Of a stretch of DNA of 64,000 bases, positions 1 to 9,959 are shown piece after piece; the first letter of the stretch is position 1, and each line of letters starts with the position of its first letter. Location: NCBI GenBank assembly GCA_018817585.1, contig JAHITE010000125.1, positions 12,580 to 76,579 on the forward strand, given 5' to 3'. The notes beneath the pieces were generated by a model. The model did not search any database. It saw only the letters and a list, made by a program, of their open reading frames with translations, and was not told the origin of the DNA. A program made the translations under genes and the position numbers. Origin of the DNA: Candidatus Omnitrophota bacterium. GTDB taxonomy: Bacteria > Omnitrophota > Gorgyraeia > B26-G9.

Positions 1-220
1 GGGTGAGGATTTTGAGCTATTATTTACTTTAAGTGAAAAAGAGGCAAAGAAATTAAGCTTAAATTGGCCGTTTAAAAAAACTAAATTATCCTATATCGGC
101 AGAATAACCGCGCAAGGACACGGCCTGCAATTGATCAATAAACAAAGAAAATTAACTAAAATAAAACCCGGTGGATATTGCCATTTTTAATTAAACCAAC
201 AGATATTTAAATTTAATTAT

Positions 221-691
221 ATGCTGAATTTAACCACTAATACCCCTGAACAAACAATTGTTTGGGGAAAGCAGCTTGCCAGGTTTTTGAAACCAGGGGA
301 TGTTATTGCTTTATCCGGTAATCTTGGAGCTGGGAAAACAACCTTTGTTAAAGGGATTGCGCAGGGGCTGGGGATTAATAAAAAACAAGTCAATAGCCCC
401 AGCTATGTTTTGATCCGGGAGTATAAAGGGAAAAACATAGAATTGTTTCATTGTGATTTGTATCGGCTGGATAATGTTGAACAAATATCTTTTTTGGGTA
501 TTGAAGATTATTTTGATCGAGAGGGTGTGCTGGTTATTGAATGGGCCAAAAGGGCAGGAGATTTACTGCCGGATCAATATTTGGATATTAGTATTGCCTT
601 GCTTGGAGAAAAAAAACGGGGTTTTAAAGTAAAGGCCTGTGGAGCTAAATATCAGGCTTTGATCAATACTCTTAAAATAGTAATTAAATAG
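221..691 (+). CDS. tsaE: tRNA threonylcarbamoyladenosine biosynthesis ATPase TsaE (YjeE)
   Basis: 156 aa, P-loop GNLGAGKTTFVKG typical of TsaE; followed by tsaB. Confidence 0.8.
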   Translation: MLNLTTNTPEQTIVWGKQLARFLKPGDVIALSGNLGAGKTTFVKGIAQGLGINKKQVNSPSYVLIREYKGKNIELFHCDLYRLDNVEQISFLGIEDYFDREGVLVIEWAKRAGDLLPDQYLDISIALLGEKKRGFKVKACGAKYQALINTLKIVIK

Positions 692-716
692 CTGTTAAAT
701 CATTAATGAGGCGATT

Positions 717-1418
717 ATGATTTGTTTAGCTGTGGATACGTCAAGTAAGTTTTTGTGCATTGTGCTTATGGAAAATGAGCGTATTTTGCGAAAATTTAAT
801 CAGGATAAAGCCAGGGCGCATGGACAGCTTTTGATTCCGGAAATTCAAAAAATATTAAAAACCCAAAAAATCCGGCTTCAAGATCTGGATTGTTTGGCGG
901 TTAATATCGGTCCAGGATCATTTACTGGTTTGCGCATAGGGATCGCGGCTGTAAAAGGCTTGAGTCTTGCTTTAAAAATTCCGATTATAAGTCTGAGCAG
1001 TTTGGATCTTATTGCTTATAATTGTCTTAAGCTTGAAAAAACTATATGTTCAATTATTGACGCGAAACGTAAACAGGTATATGCCGCGATTTTTAAAAAT
1101 TCCGGGACTAGCTTAAAAAAGCAGAAAAAGTATTTTTTAGGGCCAATTGATGATTTGCTTGTGAATTTAAAAGCAGCGATTGTGTTCAGCGGCGACGGAG
1201 TTGGTTTATACAAAGAGCAAATAATGGCGCATAAGAATATAAATCCTGTTTTTGCTCAGGAAAAATCATGGTATACCGATCCAGCTGTTTTTGCCAAGTT
1301 ATGTTATCGTGAATATCAAAATAAAAAATTTAAACAAGCCAAAGACATTGTGCCAATGTATTTATATCCAAATACCTGTACAGTAAGAAAAAAACAAAAG
1401 AAGAGTAATGCTAAATAA
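717..1418 (+). CDS. tsaB: tRNA t6A biosynthesis protein TsaB (YeaZ, inactive Kae1 paralog)
   Basis: 233 aa; N-terminal LAVDTSS and GPGSFTGLRIG motifs of the YeaZ/Kae1 fold; RBS GAGG 5 nt upstream. Confidence 0.75.
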   Translation: MICLAVDTSSKFLCIVLMENERILRKFNQDKARAHGQLLIPEIQKILKTQKIRLQDLDCLAVNIGPGSFTGLRIGIAAVKGLSLALKIPIISLSSLDLIAYNCLKLEKTICSIIDAKRKQVYAAIFKNSGTSLKKQKKYFLGPIDDLLVNLKAAIVFSGDGVGLYKEQIMAHKNINPVFAQEKSWYTDPAVFAKLCYREYQNKKFKQAKDIVPMYLYPNTCTVRKKQKKSNAK

Positions 1419-2553
1419 AAAGACACTTCAATATCCGGCTTGGGCTGAAATTAATTTGTCAAACATTAAGTCAAATTTCCTGCGGTTAAAGCGGAAAGCT
1501 GGTAAAGGGCTTAAAGTGCTGGCAGCGGTAAAAGCGCATGCTTATGGCCATGGCATGCTGGAAGTGTCCCGGCAGTTGGAAAAATGCAAAGTTGGCTATT
1601 TAGGAGTTGCTAGTGTGAGTGAGGCATTAGCCTTGCGCCAGGGGAAAATTAAAACCCCGATTCTGGTTATGGGTAATGTTTATGATCAAAATCAAATCAA
1701 ACAAGCAATTAACGCGCGAATAAGCCTAACTGTTGCTGATCTGTCCGGAGCTTTGAATTTAAGCCGGATTGCTGCTGAAAAAAAAGTAAAAGTACATATC
1801 AAAGTGGACACAGGTATGGGCCGGATCGGAATCTGGCATCAGGAAGCTTATGCTCATATAATTAAAATTTTTAAAATGAAAAATCTCCTGATTGAAGGAA
1901 TTTTTACCCATTTTCCCAGCGCGGATACGGATATTGATTTTACTAAACAGCAAGTAATTATTTTTAAAAAATTAATTGAGAGATTAAACCAAAACAATAT
2001 TTATATTCCGCTGATTCATGGCGCTAATAGCAGCGCGATTTTTCAATTAAAAAATTACAATCCAGAATTATTTAACATGGTTCGTCCGGGTTTAATGCTT
2101 TATGGAATGTATCCATCGCCGGCTATAAAAACAAAGTCACGGCTTAATCTAAAGCCGGTATTGCAGTTAAAAAGCAGAGTTGTTTTTTTAAAAACAGTGG
2201 ATAAGGGCCGATCAATCAGCTATGGCCGGACTTATCGCGCTAAAACAAAAACTAAAATTGCTACTGTATCCATAGGCTATGCCGATGGATATTCAAGAGC
2301 TTTGTCTAATAAAGCGCAGGTTTTAATCAAAGGTAAATTATTGCCGGTTGTCGGCCGGATCTGCATGGATCAGCTTATGGTGGATATTGGTTTATCTTCC
2401 AAAGTAAAGGTCGGAGATATTGTGACTTTGATTGGCAGTCAGCAGAAAAAAACAATATTTAGCGAAACATTGGCAAGTTTATGCAATACTATACCTTATG
2501 AGATTACTTGCGGTATCTCTGCCAGGGTAAAGCGCGTATTCAAAAAACATTGA
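1408..2553 (+). CDS. alr: alanine racemase
   Basis: 381 aa; PLP-lysine motif AVKAHAYGHG near N-terminus, typical length. Confidence 0.9.
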   Translation: MLNKKTLQYPAWAEINLSNIKSNFLRLKRKAGKGLKVLAAVKAHAYGHGMLEVSRQLEKCKVGYLGVASVSEALALRQGKIKTPILVMGNVYDQNQIKQAINARISLTVADLSGALNLSRIAAEKKVKVHIKVDTGMGRIGIWHQEAYAHIIKIFKMKNLLIEGIFTHFPSADTDIDFTKQQVIIFKKLIERLNQNNIYIPLIHGANSSAIFQLKNYNPELFNMVRPGLMLYGMYPSPAIKTKSRLNLKPVLQLKSRVVFLKTVDKGRSISYGRTYRAKTKTKIATVSIGYADGYSRALSNKAQVLIKGKLLPVVGRICMDQLMVDIGLSSKVKVGDIVTLIGSQQKKTIFSETLASLCNTIPYEITCGISARVKRVFKKH

Positions 2554-2594
2554 CTTTAAAACCCAGAATGTTATAATTAAAATTCAGGATTATT

Positions 2595-2933
2595 ATGGAT
2601 AAAAAATACTTAAATAATAAAGGTTTATCATTGGTGGAAGTTGTGATGTCAGCGCTATTGCTTACAGTAGTGCTGGCGGCGCTGTTTGCCTCCTATCGAA
2701 ATGCCAATAACTTAATCAATCTTGCGCATAACAAGCTAATTGCTCTGAACTGGGCTGAATCTGTGCTTGAACATGAAAGAGCTAATTTTGGAGGCGCTTA
2801 TACGGACCCGGCTTCGCCTAACTGGCTGACTGTGGAAAAGAGCGCTCCGGCTCCTACTATTGCAAGAATAAATTACGGTGCACCGCAAGCGCATTTGCAG
2901 GAAATTAAAGTTACAATAACCTGGACTGAATAA
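2595..2933 (+). CDS. type IV pilin / pseudopilin with prepilin-type N-terminal cleavage-methylation motif
   Basis: 112 aa; class III signal: basic N-term, G|LSLVEV with Glu+5, hydrophobic helix. Confidence 0.7.
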   Translation: MDKKYLNNKGLSLVEVVMSALLLTVVLAALFASYRNANNLINLAHNKLIALNWAESVLEHERANFGGAYTDPASPNWLTVEKSAPAPTIARINYGAPQAHLQEIKVTITWTE

Positions 2934-2934
2934 T

Positions 2935-3690
2935 ATGAAAAGAAATCAAGGTTTTACCTTACTGGAAGTGCAGATTTCGGCAATGCTGATGATTGTTGTG
3001 CTGATTGCTACCGGAGTTATTTTTTATTTTTCGTTGGCCTCCATAAGGTATATGCAGGATGCTTTTGATGTTTACACAAATGCTACAACCGCGATGAATC
3101 TGATTACCAATGAGGTAATACGGTCTAATTGTTATGGCTCAGCGCAAGGCCCTGGATATGTTGCTGTTCCAGGTAGCTTTTATGGTGCTAATGGGTATCA
3201 GCATGTGCTTGCCGGAGGAGCCTTGGGTGCTTCCGCGGATAGTGTGTATGTTGATATGCCGACATTGAATGATTCCAATGCTATGGTTGTCAGCGGTTTT
3301 GGTTCGGGAAATGGTCTTTATTTACGCCAGGCAACGCAAGCTTCAAGTTCCAGCGGTGTGGCAGCAGATGTTGCTGGAGATTTTCCTTCGCATGAAATAG
3401 TGGAAATATATCGTCAATGGTTTTTTGGTCCGCCGAATAAAATACAATTGATTGTGGATAGAACTGACCCAGTTCTAGGCAGCAGTATTCAAGCTATAGC
3501 GGATAATGTAATTCAGTTTGATTTTAAGCCGATTGCGTATAATTGTGTGCATGTTATTTTGACACTAGAGGGTAAGGTGGATGATCCGATGGCTGCTGGA
3601 GTGAAAAGGCATAGAATTACGCTGAGTAAGCTGATTACTTTGCGCTGCGCGCCTTCTGTTGCGCCAATACCTGGGGTAAATACATGGTGA
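2935..3690 (+). CDS. pseudopilin (minor pilin, PilW/GspJ-like) with prepilin-type N-terminus
   Basis: 251 aa; QG|FTLLEV motif with Glu+5 followed by hydrophobic helix. Confidence 0.65.
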   Translation: MKRNQGFTLLEVQISAMLMIVVLIATGVIFYFSLASIRYMQDAFDVYTNATTAMNLITNEVIRSNCYGSAQGPGYVAVPGSFYGANGYQHVLAGGALGASADSVYVDMPTLNDSNAMVVSGFGSGNGLYLRQATQASSSSGVAADVAGDFPSHEIVEIYRQWFFGPPNKIQLIVDRTDPVLGSSIQAIADNVIQFDFKPIAYNCVHVILTLEGKVDDPMAAGVKRHRITLSKLITLRCAPSVAPIPGVNTW

Positions 3691-3695
3691 TCTGG

Positions 3696-4034
3696 ATGAG
3701 AAAAATGAAATTTTTATCAGCTAAAAATATCCCCAAAAAAACTGACAGAGAAAAAGCCCAGGCAATGGTTGTGTCATTTATTTATGTGAGTATTGTTTCG
3801 CTGATCGCGATTTATATGATGTCTTATGCCCATAATCTGAATAAAGTTGTAAGTCGAGACATAAAACATAGTATGTCTTTTTACGCCGCGGAAGGCGCTT
3901 TAATCAGGGTGATGTCATTACGTGAGTTGGGCCGGCCAACTCCTGTAAACATGGATACAGCGCCGATGACTATTGGCATTCAAACAGCTGTTGATGGAAC
4001 AACCCGAAGGATTACGGCAACTGTTAATTGGTAA
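3696..4034 (+). CDS. small membrane-anchored protein, possible PilX-like pilus-associated protein
   Basis: ORF-track start 3684 overlaps the previous gene; ATG 3696 has a GGTGA RBS 5 nt upstream; single N-terminal TM helix; no recognised catalytic motif. Confidence 0.4.
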   Translation: MRKMKFLSAKNIPKKTDREKAQAMVVSFIYVSIVSLIAIYMMSYAHNLNKVVSRDIKHSMSFYAAEGALIRVMSLRELGRPTPVNMDTAPMTIGIQTAVDGTTRRITATVNW

Positions 4035-4085
4035 TAAAACTTAATTGATGTTTATTTTCTATAAATAATATGGTGGAGGCAAATA

Positions 4086-4904
4086 ATGGCGCCAAAAATA
4101 AAACAGTTTTTACAAAAAATAAAACAGGTAAATAAAGAGTATTTACTGCTTTTTGCAATAGTTACTTTAATTGGATTATTGATCTATTCTTCTACCGCGA
4201 CATCGCAACAATCTCCGGAAGAAATAACCTTAACTACTTTTTATCCTTGTCCTTTTGGAGAGTATGACCGGATTACTGCTTCGAGATTTATTGATTTTGA
4301 TAATGTTAATCGCTGGTTTGATCCTAGCGGAGATACTCAGCTGGAATCTTTGCGGGTTTTTAATGGGATTCTTGCAAATGTAGTTGTTGGTCCAGCCGGG
4401 ACATATTCGGTTAATTTTGTGACTGGCGAGGCGTTTCTTAATGTTGTTACGGCAGATAAACTGGTAATGACTGGGCCAGCGCCTTCGCCAACATATGAAG
4501 TAAATGGTGGAAATTATGTGTGGGATATTGCTGAAGGTATGCTAATTACAGAATGTACCGCGGGTGATGTTGTGATCATCGGCGATGATCCGGGAAAGGG
4601 TTTGGTTAAATCAACTGAAAAATTCGATTCCCGGGTTGCGGGGATTGTTTCCACTGATCCTAAGATTTATATGGGAGCGGCTGAAGATAAAATGCCTTTA
4701 GCTTTGGCCGGGATTGTAAAATGTAACGCGACTGTGGAAAACGGAGCAATTAAACGCGGTGATTTGCTGGTAAGTTCTTCTTTGCCGGGTTATGCTATGC
4801 GGGCTTCGGCAAAAGAAGTAAAGCCCGGGATGCTGGTGGGCAAAGCATTGCAGGAATTAACTTCAGGCCAGGATAAAATTTTTGTTTTAGTTAATAAACA
4901 GTAA
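4086..4904 (+). CDS. hypothetical signal-anchored protein, paralog A of a tandem pair, conserved C-terminal domain
   Basis: 272 aa; strong RBS GGTGGAGG; N-terminal TM/signal anchor; shares VWDIAEG and a 110-aa C-terminal block (FDSRVAGIVS..PKIYMG..PLALAGIVKCN..GAIKRGDLLVSS.PGYAM.A..PGML.GKAL) with the next gene. Confidence 0.6.
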   Translation: MAPKIKQFLQKIKQVNKEYLLLFAIVTLIGLLIYSSTATSQQSPEEITLTTFYPCPFGEYDRITASRFIDFDNVNRWFDPSGDTQLESLRVFNGILANVVVGPAGTYSVNFVTGEAFLNVVTADKLVMTGPAPSPTYEVNGGNYVWDIAEGMLITECTAGDVVIIGDDPGKGLVKSTEKFDSRVAGIVSTDPKIYMGAAEDKMPLALAGIVKCNATVENGAIKRGDLLVSSSLPGYAMRASAKEVKPGMLVGKALQELTSGQDKIFVLVNKQ

Positions 4905-4923
4905 AATATAGAGACTTTTGATT

Positions 4924-5769
4924 ATGAAAAAAATAAAATATTTTAAAATATTAAGTCTTGAGATAATCGGTGTATTATTATTTGCCGCGGGTTTAGGTTT
5001 CGCGCAGCAAGGAGCTGTGAAAACCCTAAGTATTAATACGCATCGATTTCTTTATAACGCGGCAGCGAATTATGTTGCAGCGGCTTATGATGTTTTAGTT
5101 GCTAAACAGTTTATTGATCGAGATCCAGAGGCACTGGCCGGGGGCCATAGTTGTTTTGGGGACCCTAGCGAACAGAGCGATTTGCATCATCTGACAGTTA
5201 ATGATGGACTGGAGTTTGACTATACGGATTCTGGAACCATGACTATAAGTGCTGTGCCTTTAGGGGCATTCTCAATTAATTTCGAAGATGGTTGGGCCGG
5301 TGGAGAAGCATATTTTTCAACTTGTACTGCAGTTAAATTTGTAATGATAACCCCATTTCCTGATTCTAGAAATGATGAGGGCAAAAAAGTATGGGATATT
5401 GCTGAAGGTATTAATGTTGAATTTGGTGATGCTTGTGATGTTGTGGTTATTAGTAAAAATAAAGATTTGACGGTTACGCGTTCAACTGTTAAGTTTGATT
5501 CTAAAGTGGCCGGAGTTATATCGGAGTCACCAAAAATATATATGGGAGATATGGCAGGTAATAAGCCTTTGGCTTTGTCCGGGATTGTTAAGTGCAATGT
5601 GAATACGCAAAACGGGCCGATTAAAAAAGGTGATATTCTGGTAACATCATCAGAGCCTGGATACGCGATGAAAGCTAATGAAAGTCAAGTATTGCCGGGA
5701 ATGATTATTGGCAAAGCTTTGGACGCGCTTGATCAGGGTAAAGGAAAAATTTATATTCTAATCAATTAG
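4924..5769 (+). CDS. hypothetical secreted protein, paralog B of the tandem pair
   Basis: ORF-track start 4918 is TTG; the ATG at 4924 gives MKKIKYF...; signal peptide ending AAGLGFAQQ; C-terminal domain about 55-60% identical to paralog A. Confidence 0.6.
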   Translation: MKKIKYFKILSLEIIGVLLFAAGLGFAQQGAVKTLSINTHRFLYNAAANYVAAAYDVLVAKQFIDRDPEALAGGHSCFGDPSEQSDLHHLTVNDGLEFDYTDSGTMTISAVPLGAFSINFEDGWAGGEAYFSTCTAVKFVMITPFPDSRNDEGKKVWDIAEGINVEFGDACDVVVISKNKDLTVTRSTVKFDSKVAGVISESPKIYMGDMAGNKPLALSGIVKCNVNTQNGPIKKGDILVTSSEPGYAMKANESQVLPGMIIGKALDALDQGKGKIYILIN

Positions 5770-5799
5770 CAATATAGTTCAAATTTCAGGTTTAAAAAG

Positions 5800-5832
5800 C
5801 AGAAGACAGAATAATCTGTCTTCTTTGTTCTC
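5800..5832 (+). terminator. intrinsic terminator after the paralog pair
   Basis: AGAAGACAG-ataat-CTGTCTTCT 9-bp stem followed by TTGTTCT. Confidence 0.55.
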
Positions 5833-5881
5833 ATTACAGGGTTTGCTTGGTTTAAATTTTAAATAAAATCGAGGAGAAATA

Positions 5882-7543
5882 ATGTTACGCAGTGATAAAA
5901 TTAAAAAAGGGTTAGAGCGTGCTCCGCACAGAGCTTTGCTGTTTTCTACAGGTATTTCCAGAAAAGATTTGAGTAAACCGTTTATTGCCGTAGCAAGTTC
6001 GGTTAATGATTTTATTCCTGGTCATGTTGGTATGCGTGATCTGGAAAGATTTGTCGAGCGCGGTATTGTTAGTCAGGGCGCGGTGCCGTTTTTCTTTGGA
6101 CTGCCTGGGATATGCGACGGAATTGCCATGGGGCATGAAGGCATGCATTATCCGCTTGCTTCCCGGGAATTGATTGCTGATTCCGTGGAATCAGTGGTTA
6201 AAGCGCATTGTGCTGACGGATTGGTTTGTATTACAAATTGTGATAAGATTACTCCCGGCATGTTGATGGCTGTAGCTCGGTTAAATATTCCGGCAATTGT
6301 CCTGACCGCGGGGCCAATGCTTTCCGGCAGACAGGGAATGAAACGGTTGTCTTTTGTCCGTGATACTTTTGAAGCATTGTCTTTAACTAAAAGAGGCGAG
6401 ATGAGTAAAGAAGAGCTTTCATGTTTGGAGATGGAAGCTTGTCCTGGGCAGGGATCCTGTCAGGGTTTATATACAGCGAATACAATGGCCTGTTTGACAG
6501 AAGCCATGGGCATGTCTTTGCCCGGCTGTGGTACTGGTTTAGCTGGTATGGCTAAAAAGAAAAGATTAGCTCAGGCAAGCGGAGAACGGATTGTGGAATT
6601 AGTTAAAGCAAATATTACGCCAAGTATGATTATGAATGAGAAATCATTGGAAAACGCGATTATGGTGGATATGGCTTTGGGCGGATCAAGTAATACTGTT
6701 TTGCATCTTTTGGCGATTGCTCATGAATGCGGGATAGAAATTCCTTTGGAGAAATTCGATAAAATAAGCAAGAAAACTCCGCATATAACTGATTTGCGTC
6801 CTGGCGGAGAATATTTTATGGAAGACCTTGAATATTCCGGAGGGATTCCAGCTGTAATGCATAGGCTTAAAGATAAATTAAATGACAACCCGACTGTTTG
6901 CGGGACTAGTGTAAAAAAGCTGGCAGAGTATTCTCAAGTGCTTAATGAAGAAATTGTCCGGCCGCTTAATAAAGCGCATCATAAAGAAGGAGGGATAGCA
7001 GTACTGTTTGGCAACTTAGCCCCAGAGGGCGCGGTTGTAAAGCAGTCCGCTGTCAGTGAGAAAATGATGTACTTTAAAGGCAAGGCGCGTGTTTATAATA
7101 GTGAAGAAGCGGTGATGAAAGATATTCTTTCCGCTAAAGTGAAAAAAGGCACGGTTTTAGTTGTGCGCTATGAAGGCCCGCGCGGCGGACCTGGTATGCG
7201 GGAAATGCTCGCGCCGACAGCGGCAATTGTTGGAATGGGCATGTCTGATGATGTTGCTTTAATCACTGACGGAAGATTTTCCGGCGGAACCAGAGGGCCT
7301 TGTTTAGGACATATTTCTCCAGAAGCAGCAGCCGGCGGTCCGATCGCGGCTGTAAAAAACAATGATGAAATAATCATTGATATAAAAAACAGAAAATTAC
7401 ATTTAAACTTAACTGATCAGGAAATAGCGGAAAGACTGCGCCATGTAAAACATCCGCCGCCAAAGATAAATACCGGATGGCTTAAGCGTTATGCTAAAAT
7501 GGTAAGCTCAGCGAGCAAAGGCGCGGTTTTAGATATTGAATGA
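5882..7543 (+). CDS. ilvD: dihydroxy-acid dehydratase
   Basis: 553 aa; [21 protein letters not shown] and C-terminal [14 protein letters not shown] motifs characteristic of IlvD/EDD. Confidence 0.95.
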   Translation: MLRSDKIKKGLERAPHRALLFSTGISRKDLSKPFIAVASSVNDFIPGHVGMRDLERFVERGIVSQGAVPFFFGLPGICDGIAMGHEGMHYPLASRELIADSVESVVKAHCADGLVCITNCDKITPGMLMAVARLNIPAIVLTAGPMLSGRQGMKRLSFVRDTFEALSLTKRGEMSKEELSCLEMEACPGQGSCQGLYTANTMACLTEAMGMSLPGCGTGLAGMAKKKRLAQASGERIVELVKANITPSMIMNEKSLENAIMVDMALGGSSNTVLHLLAIAHECGIEIPLEKFDKISKKTPHITDLRPGGEYFMEDLEYSGGIPAVMHRLKDKLNDNPTVCGTSVKKLAEYSQVLNEEIVRPLNKAHHKEGGIAVLFGNLAPEGAVVKQSAVSEKMMYFKGKARVYNSEEAVMKDILSAKVKKGTVLVVRYEGPRGGPGMREMLAPTAAIVGMGMSDDVALITDGRFSGGTRGPCLGHISPEAAAGGPIAAVKNNDEIIIDIKNRKLHLNLTDQEIAERLRHVKHPPPKINTGWLKRYAKMVSSASKGAVLDIE

Positions 7544-9236
7544 TAAAAATAAAAAAGGAAATATTATGAAAAAAACAGGCGCGGAGATTATTGTTGAGTC
7601 ACTGTTGAAAGAAGGAGTACGGGTTTTGTTTGGTTATCCCGGCGGTTCAGTTTTACCGCTTACTGATGCCCTCTACGATGCGCCAATTGATTTTATTCTG
7701 GTTCGTCATGAACAGGCAGCGGCGCATGCTGCTGACGGCTATGCCCGGGCAACCGGCAAGGTCGGGGTTTGCATGGCTACATCTGGTCCCGGAGCAACTA
7801 ATTTGGTAACTGGTTTGGCAACAGCGCATATGGATTCTATTCCCATGGTTGCGATTACCGGACAGGTAAACAGTACTTTGATTGGTAATGATGCTTTTCA
7901 AGAAGCGGATATTACCGGAATAACAAGATCCATTACAAAACACAATTATCTGGTTAAAGATATCGCTGAACTGGCCAGTACAATAAAAGAGGCTTTTTAT
8001 ATTGCTTCAACCGGCAGGCCGGGGCCAGTAGTTATTGATGTTCCGGTTGATATCCAAAAACAGAGCATGGAATTTAATTACCCGGAAACAATTAAAATGC
8101 GTTCTTATAATCCGGAAATCGCATTGCCAATGGATCAGATTAAAAAAGCAGCTAAGCTGATTGAAAAAAGCAAAAGACCAGTTGTTTATGCCGGCGGGGG
8201 AATTATAATTTCCCAAGCGCATGATGAACTGCTGGAATTCGCGGTAAAAATCAATGCTCCGGTAACTACGACTTTAATGGGCCTGGGCGGTTTTCCGGAA
8301 ACCAATGAACTGGCCTTGGGAATGCTCGGGATGCATGGTACTGTATACGCGAATCATTCAATAATGGAAAGTGATTTGATTATCGCGGTGGGCGCTCGTT
8401 TTGATGACCGGGTAACCGGCCGGATTGATAAATTCGCGCCAGATGCCAAAGTAATTCATATTGATATTGATCCAACCGCGATCAGCAAGAACATCCGTGT
8501 AGATATCCCGGTTATTTGCGATGCCAAGCAAGGGCTGCGGGCTTTGAATAAAATTGTAAAAAGATTAGAAACAGATGCCTGGCTGAAAAAGATTCATGGC
8601 TGGAAAACAAAAGCGCCTTTGCAGTATCAAACATCAGGTCAAAAAATCAGACCGCAGTATGTTGTAGAGCAGATTTACAAAATAACCAAAGGTGACGCGA
8701 TTATTTGTACTGAAGTCGGACAGAATCAGATGTGGGCAGCGCAGTATTATAATTATACTAAACCGCGCACATGGATTTCATCCGGCGGCTTGGGAACAAT
8801 GGGCTATGGTTTTCCCGCGGCGATTGGCGCTAAACTGGGCAGACCAGATAAAATAGTTTTTGATATAGCGGGTGATGGTTCAATTCAAATGAATATTCAA
8901 GAGCTGGCTACTGCTGTAGCGAATAAGGTTAATGTTAAAATCGCGATATTGAATAATGGATATCTGGGCATGGTTAGACAATGGCAAGAGCTGTTCTATA
9001 ATCGGAGATACGCGAATACGCCAATAACTGGTCCGGATTTTGTGAAATTAGCGGAAAGTTATGGTGCTGCAGGGATAAGAGTTAAGAAAAAAGCCGATGT
9101 TGCCGCGGCAATTAAGCAGGCAATTGCTATTCCCAATGTAGTTTTTCTTGATTTTGTAGTTGAACCAGAAGAAAATGTTTTTCCCATGGTTCCTGCTGGT
9201 GAGGCCATAGATCGGATGATCGGCGGAATGGCGTAA
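7536..9236 (+). CDS. ilvB: acetolactate synthase large subunit (ThDP-dependent)
   Basis: 566 aa; [15 protein letters not shown]-terminus, ThDP motif [14 protein letters not shown]. Confidence 0.95.
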   Translation: MNDKNKKGNIMKKTGAEIIVESLLKEGVRVLFGYPGGSVLPLTDALYDAPIDFILVRHEQAAAHAADGYARATGKVGVCMATSGPGATNLVTGLATAHMDSIPMVAITGQVNSTLIGNDAFQEADITGITRSITKHNYLVKDIAELASTIKEAFYIASTGRPGPVVIDVPVDIQKQSMEFNYPETIKMRSYNPEIALPMDQIKKAAKLIEKSKRPVVYAGGGIIISQAHDELLEFAVKINAPVTTTLMGLGGFPETNELALGMLGMHGTVYANHSIMESDLIIAVGARFDDRVTGRIDKFAPDAKVIHIDIDPTAISKNIRVDIPVICDAKQGLRALNKIVKRLETDAWLKKIHGWKTKAPLQYQTSGQKIRPQYVVEQIYKITKGDAIICTEVGQNQMWAAQYYNYTKPRTWISSGGLGTMGYGFPAAIGAKLGRPDKIVFDIAGDGSIQMNIQELATAVANKVNVKIAILNNGYLGMVRQWQELFYNRRYANTPITGPDFVKLAESYGAAGIRVKKKADVAAAIKQAIAIPNVVFLDFVVEPEENVFPMVPAGEAIDRMIGGMA

Positions 9237-9445
9237 AATGCAGCGCATAGCGGTTAGAAAAAGCAGAAAAATAGAAAACAGAAAAAGCGGTAAAAGGTTT
9301 GACGGTGACGAAGCCCGTATCGGTAACGTTAACGGTCACGGTTTAAAATAATAAATTTTAAGCCGATAGACTTTGCCCTAAAACGAAACGGGCACCGTAA
9401 CCTTAAACGTAACCTTTGTATTTTAAATAATAGGGAGTTAAAAAC

Positions 9446-9919
9446 ATGAAACATATAATTTATGCTTTAGTAGAAAATAAGCCGGGTGTTTTGGCTCGGA
9501 TTTCTAGTTTGTTTAGTGCCCGGGGTTTTAATATTGATTCATTGGCTGTGGGAGAAACGCATGATCCGACGATGTCGAGAGTTAGTTTGGTTGTTGATGC
9601 TAAAGAAGAAAAAATCCTGGATCAGATTAAAAAACAATTGGAGAAATTGGTTGATGTTATATCCGTAACAGATCTGACAAAAAAGAAATTTTTTGAAAGA
9701 GAGCTTATTTTAGTAAAAGTTAAGACAAATAAAATGACAAAGCAGAAGCTGGAAACTTTAGTTAAGAAATTTTCCGCGACAATTTTGTCCTATAATGAAA
9801 AAGCAGCTGTGATTGAAGCTATTGGCGAAAAAAAACTGTTGATGGAGCTGCTGGATTGCTTGCAGCCCATCGGGATTGAAGAACTGGTGAGAACCGGTAG
9901 AATTGCCATAGCACAGTAA
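9446..9919 (+). CDS. ilvN: acetolactate synthase small (regulatory, ACT domain) subunit
   Basis: 157 aa; ALVENKPGVLARISSLFSARGFNIDSL typical ACT N-terminus of IlvN/IlvH. Confidence 0.9.
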   Translation: MKHIIYALVENKPGVLARISSLFSARGFNIDSLAVGETHDPTMSRVSLVVDAKEEKILDQIKKQLEKLVDVISVTDLTKKKFFERELILVKVKTNKMTKQKLETLVKKFSATILSYNEKAAVIEAIGEKKLLMELLDCLQPIGIEELVRTGRIAIAQ

Positions 9920-9959
9920 CATTTTTTAAATAATTGGCTTATTAAAAAGGGATTAAATT

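Noticed and set aside
1016-1213. Minus-strand ORFs from the six-frame track nested inside confidently assigned + strand genes. Examples are 1016-1213, 1759-1953, 5220-5597, 5912-6148, 7168-7377, 7653-7943, 8007-8222, 12687-13121, 19093-19526, 31332-31685, 32925-33611, 35067-35708, 38775-39200, 54104-54787 and 56414-56764.
   Set aside because: They lie antisense within genes whose products have clear conserved motifs. They have low-complexity or odd composition and no start or RBS context. They are typical shadow ORFs.
9238-9348. 36-codon basic ORF (MQRIAVRKSRK…) starting one base after the ilvB stop, and the 9127-9339 minus ORF.
   Set aside because: They have no RBS and no recognisable family. 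They lie in a spacer better explained as structured RNA.
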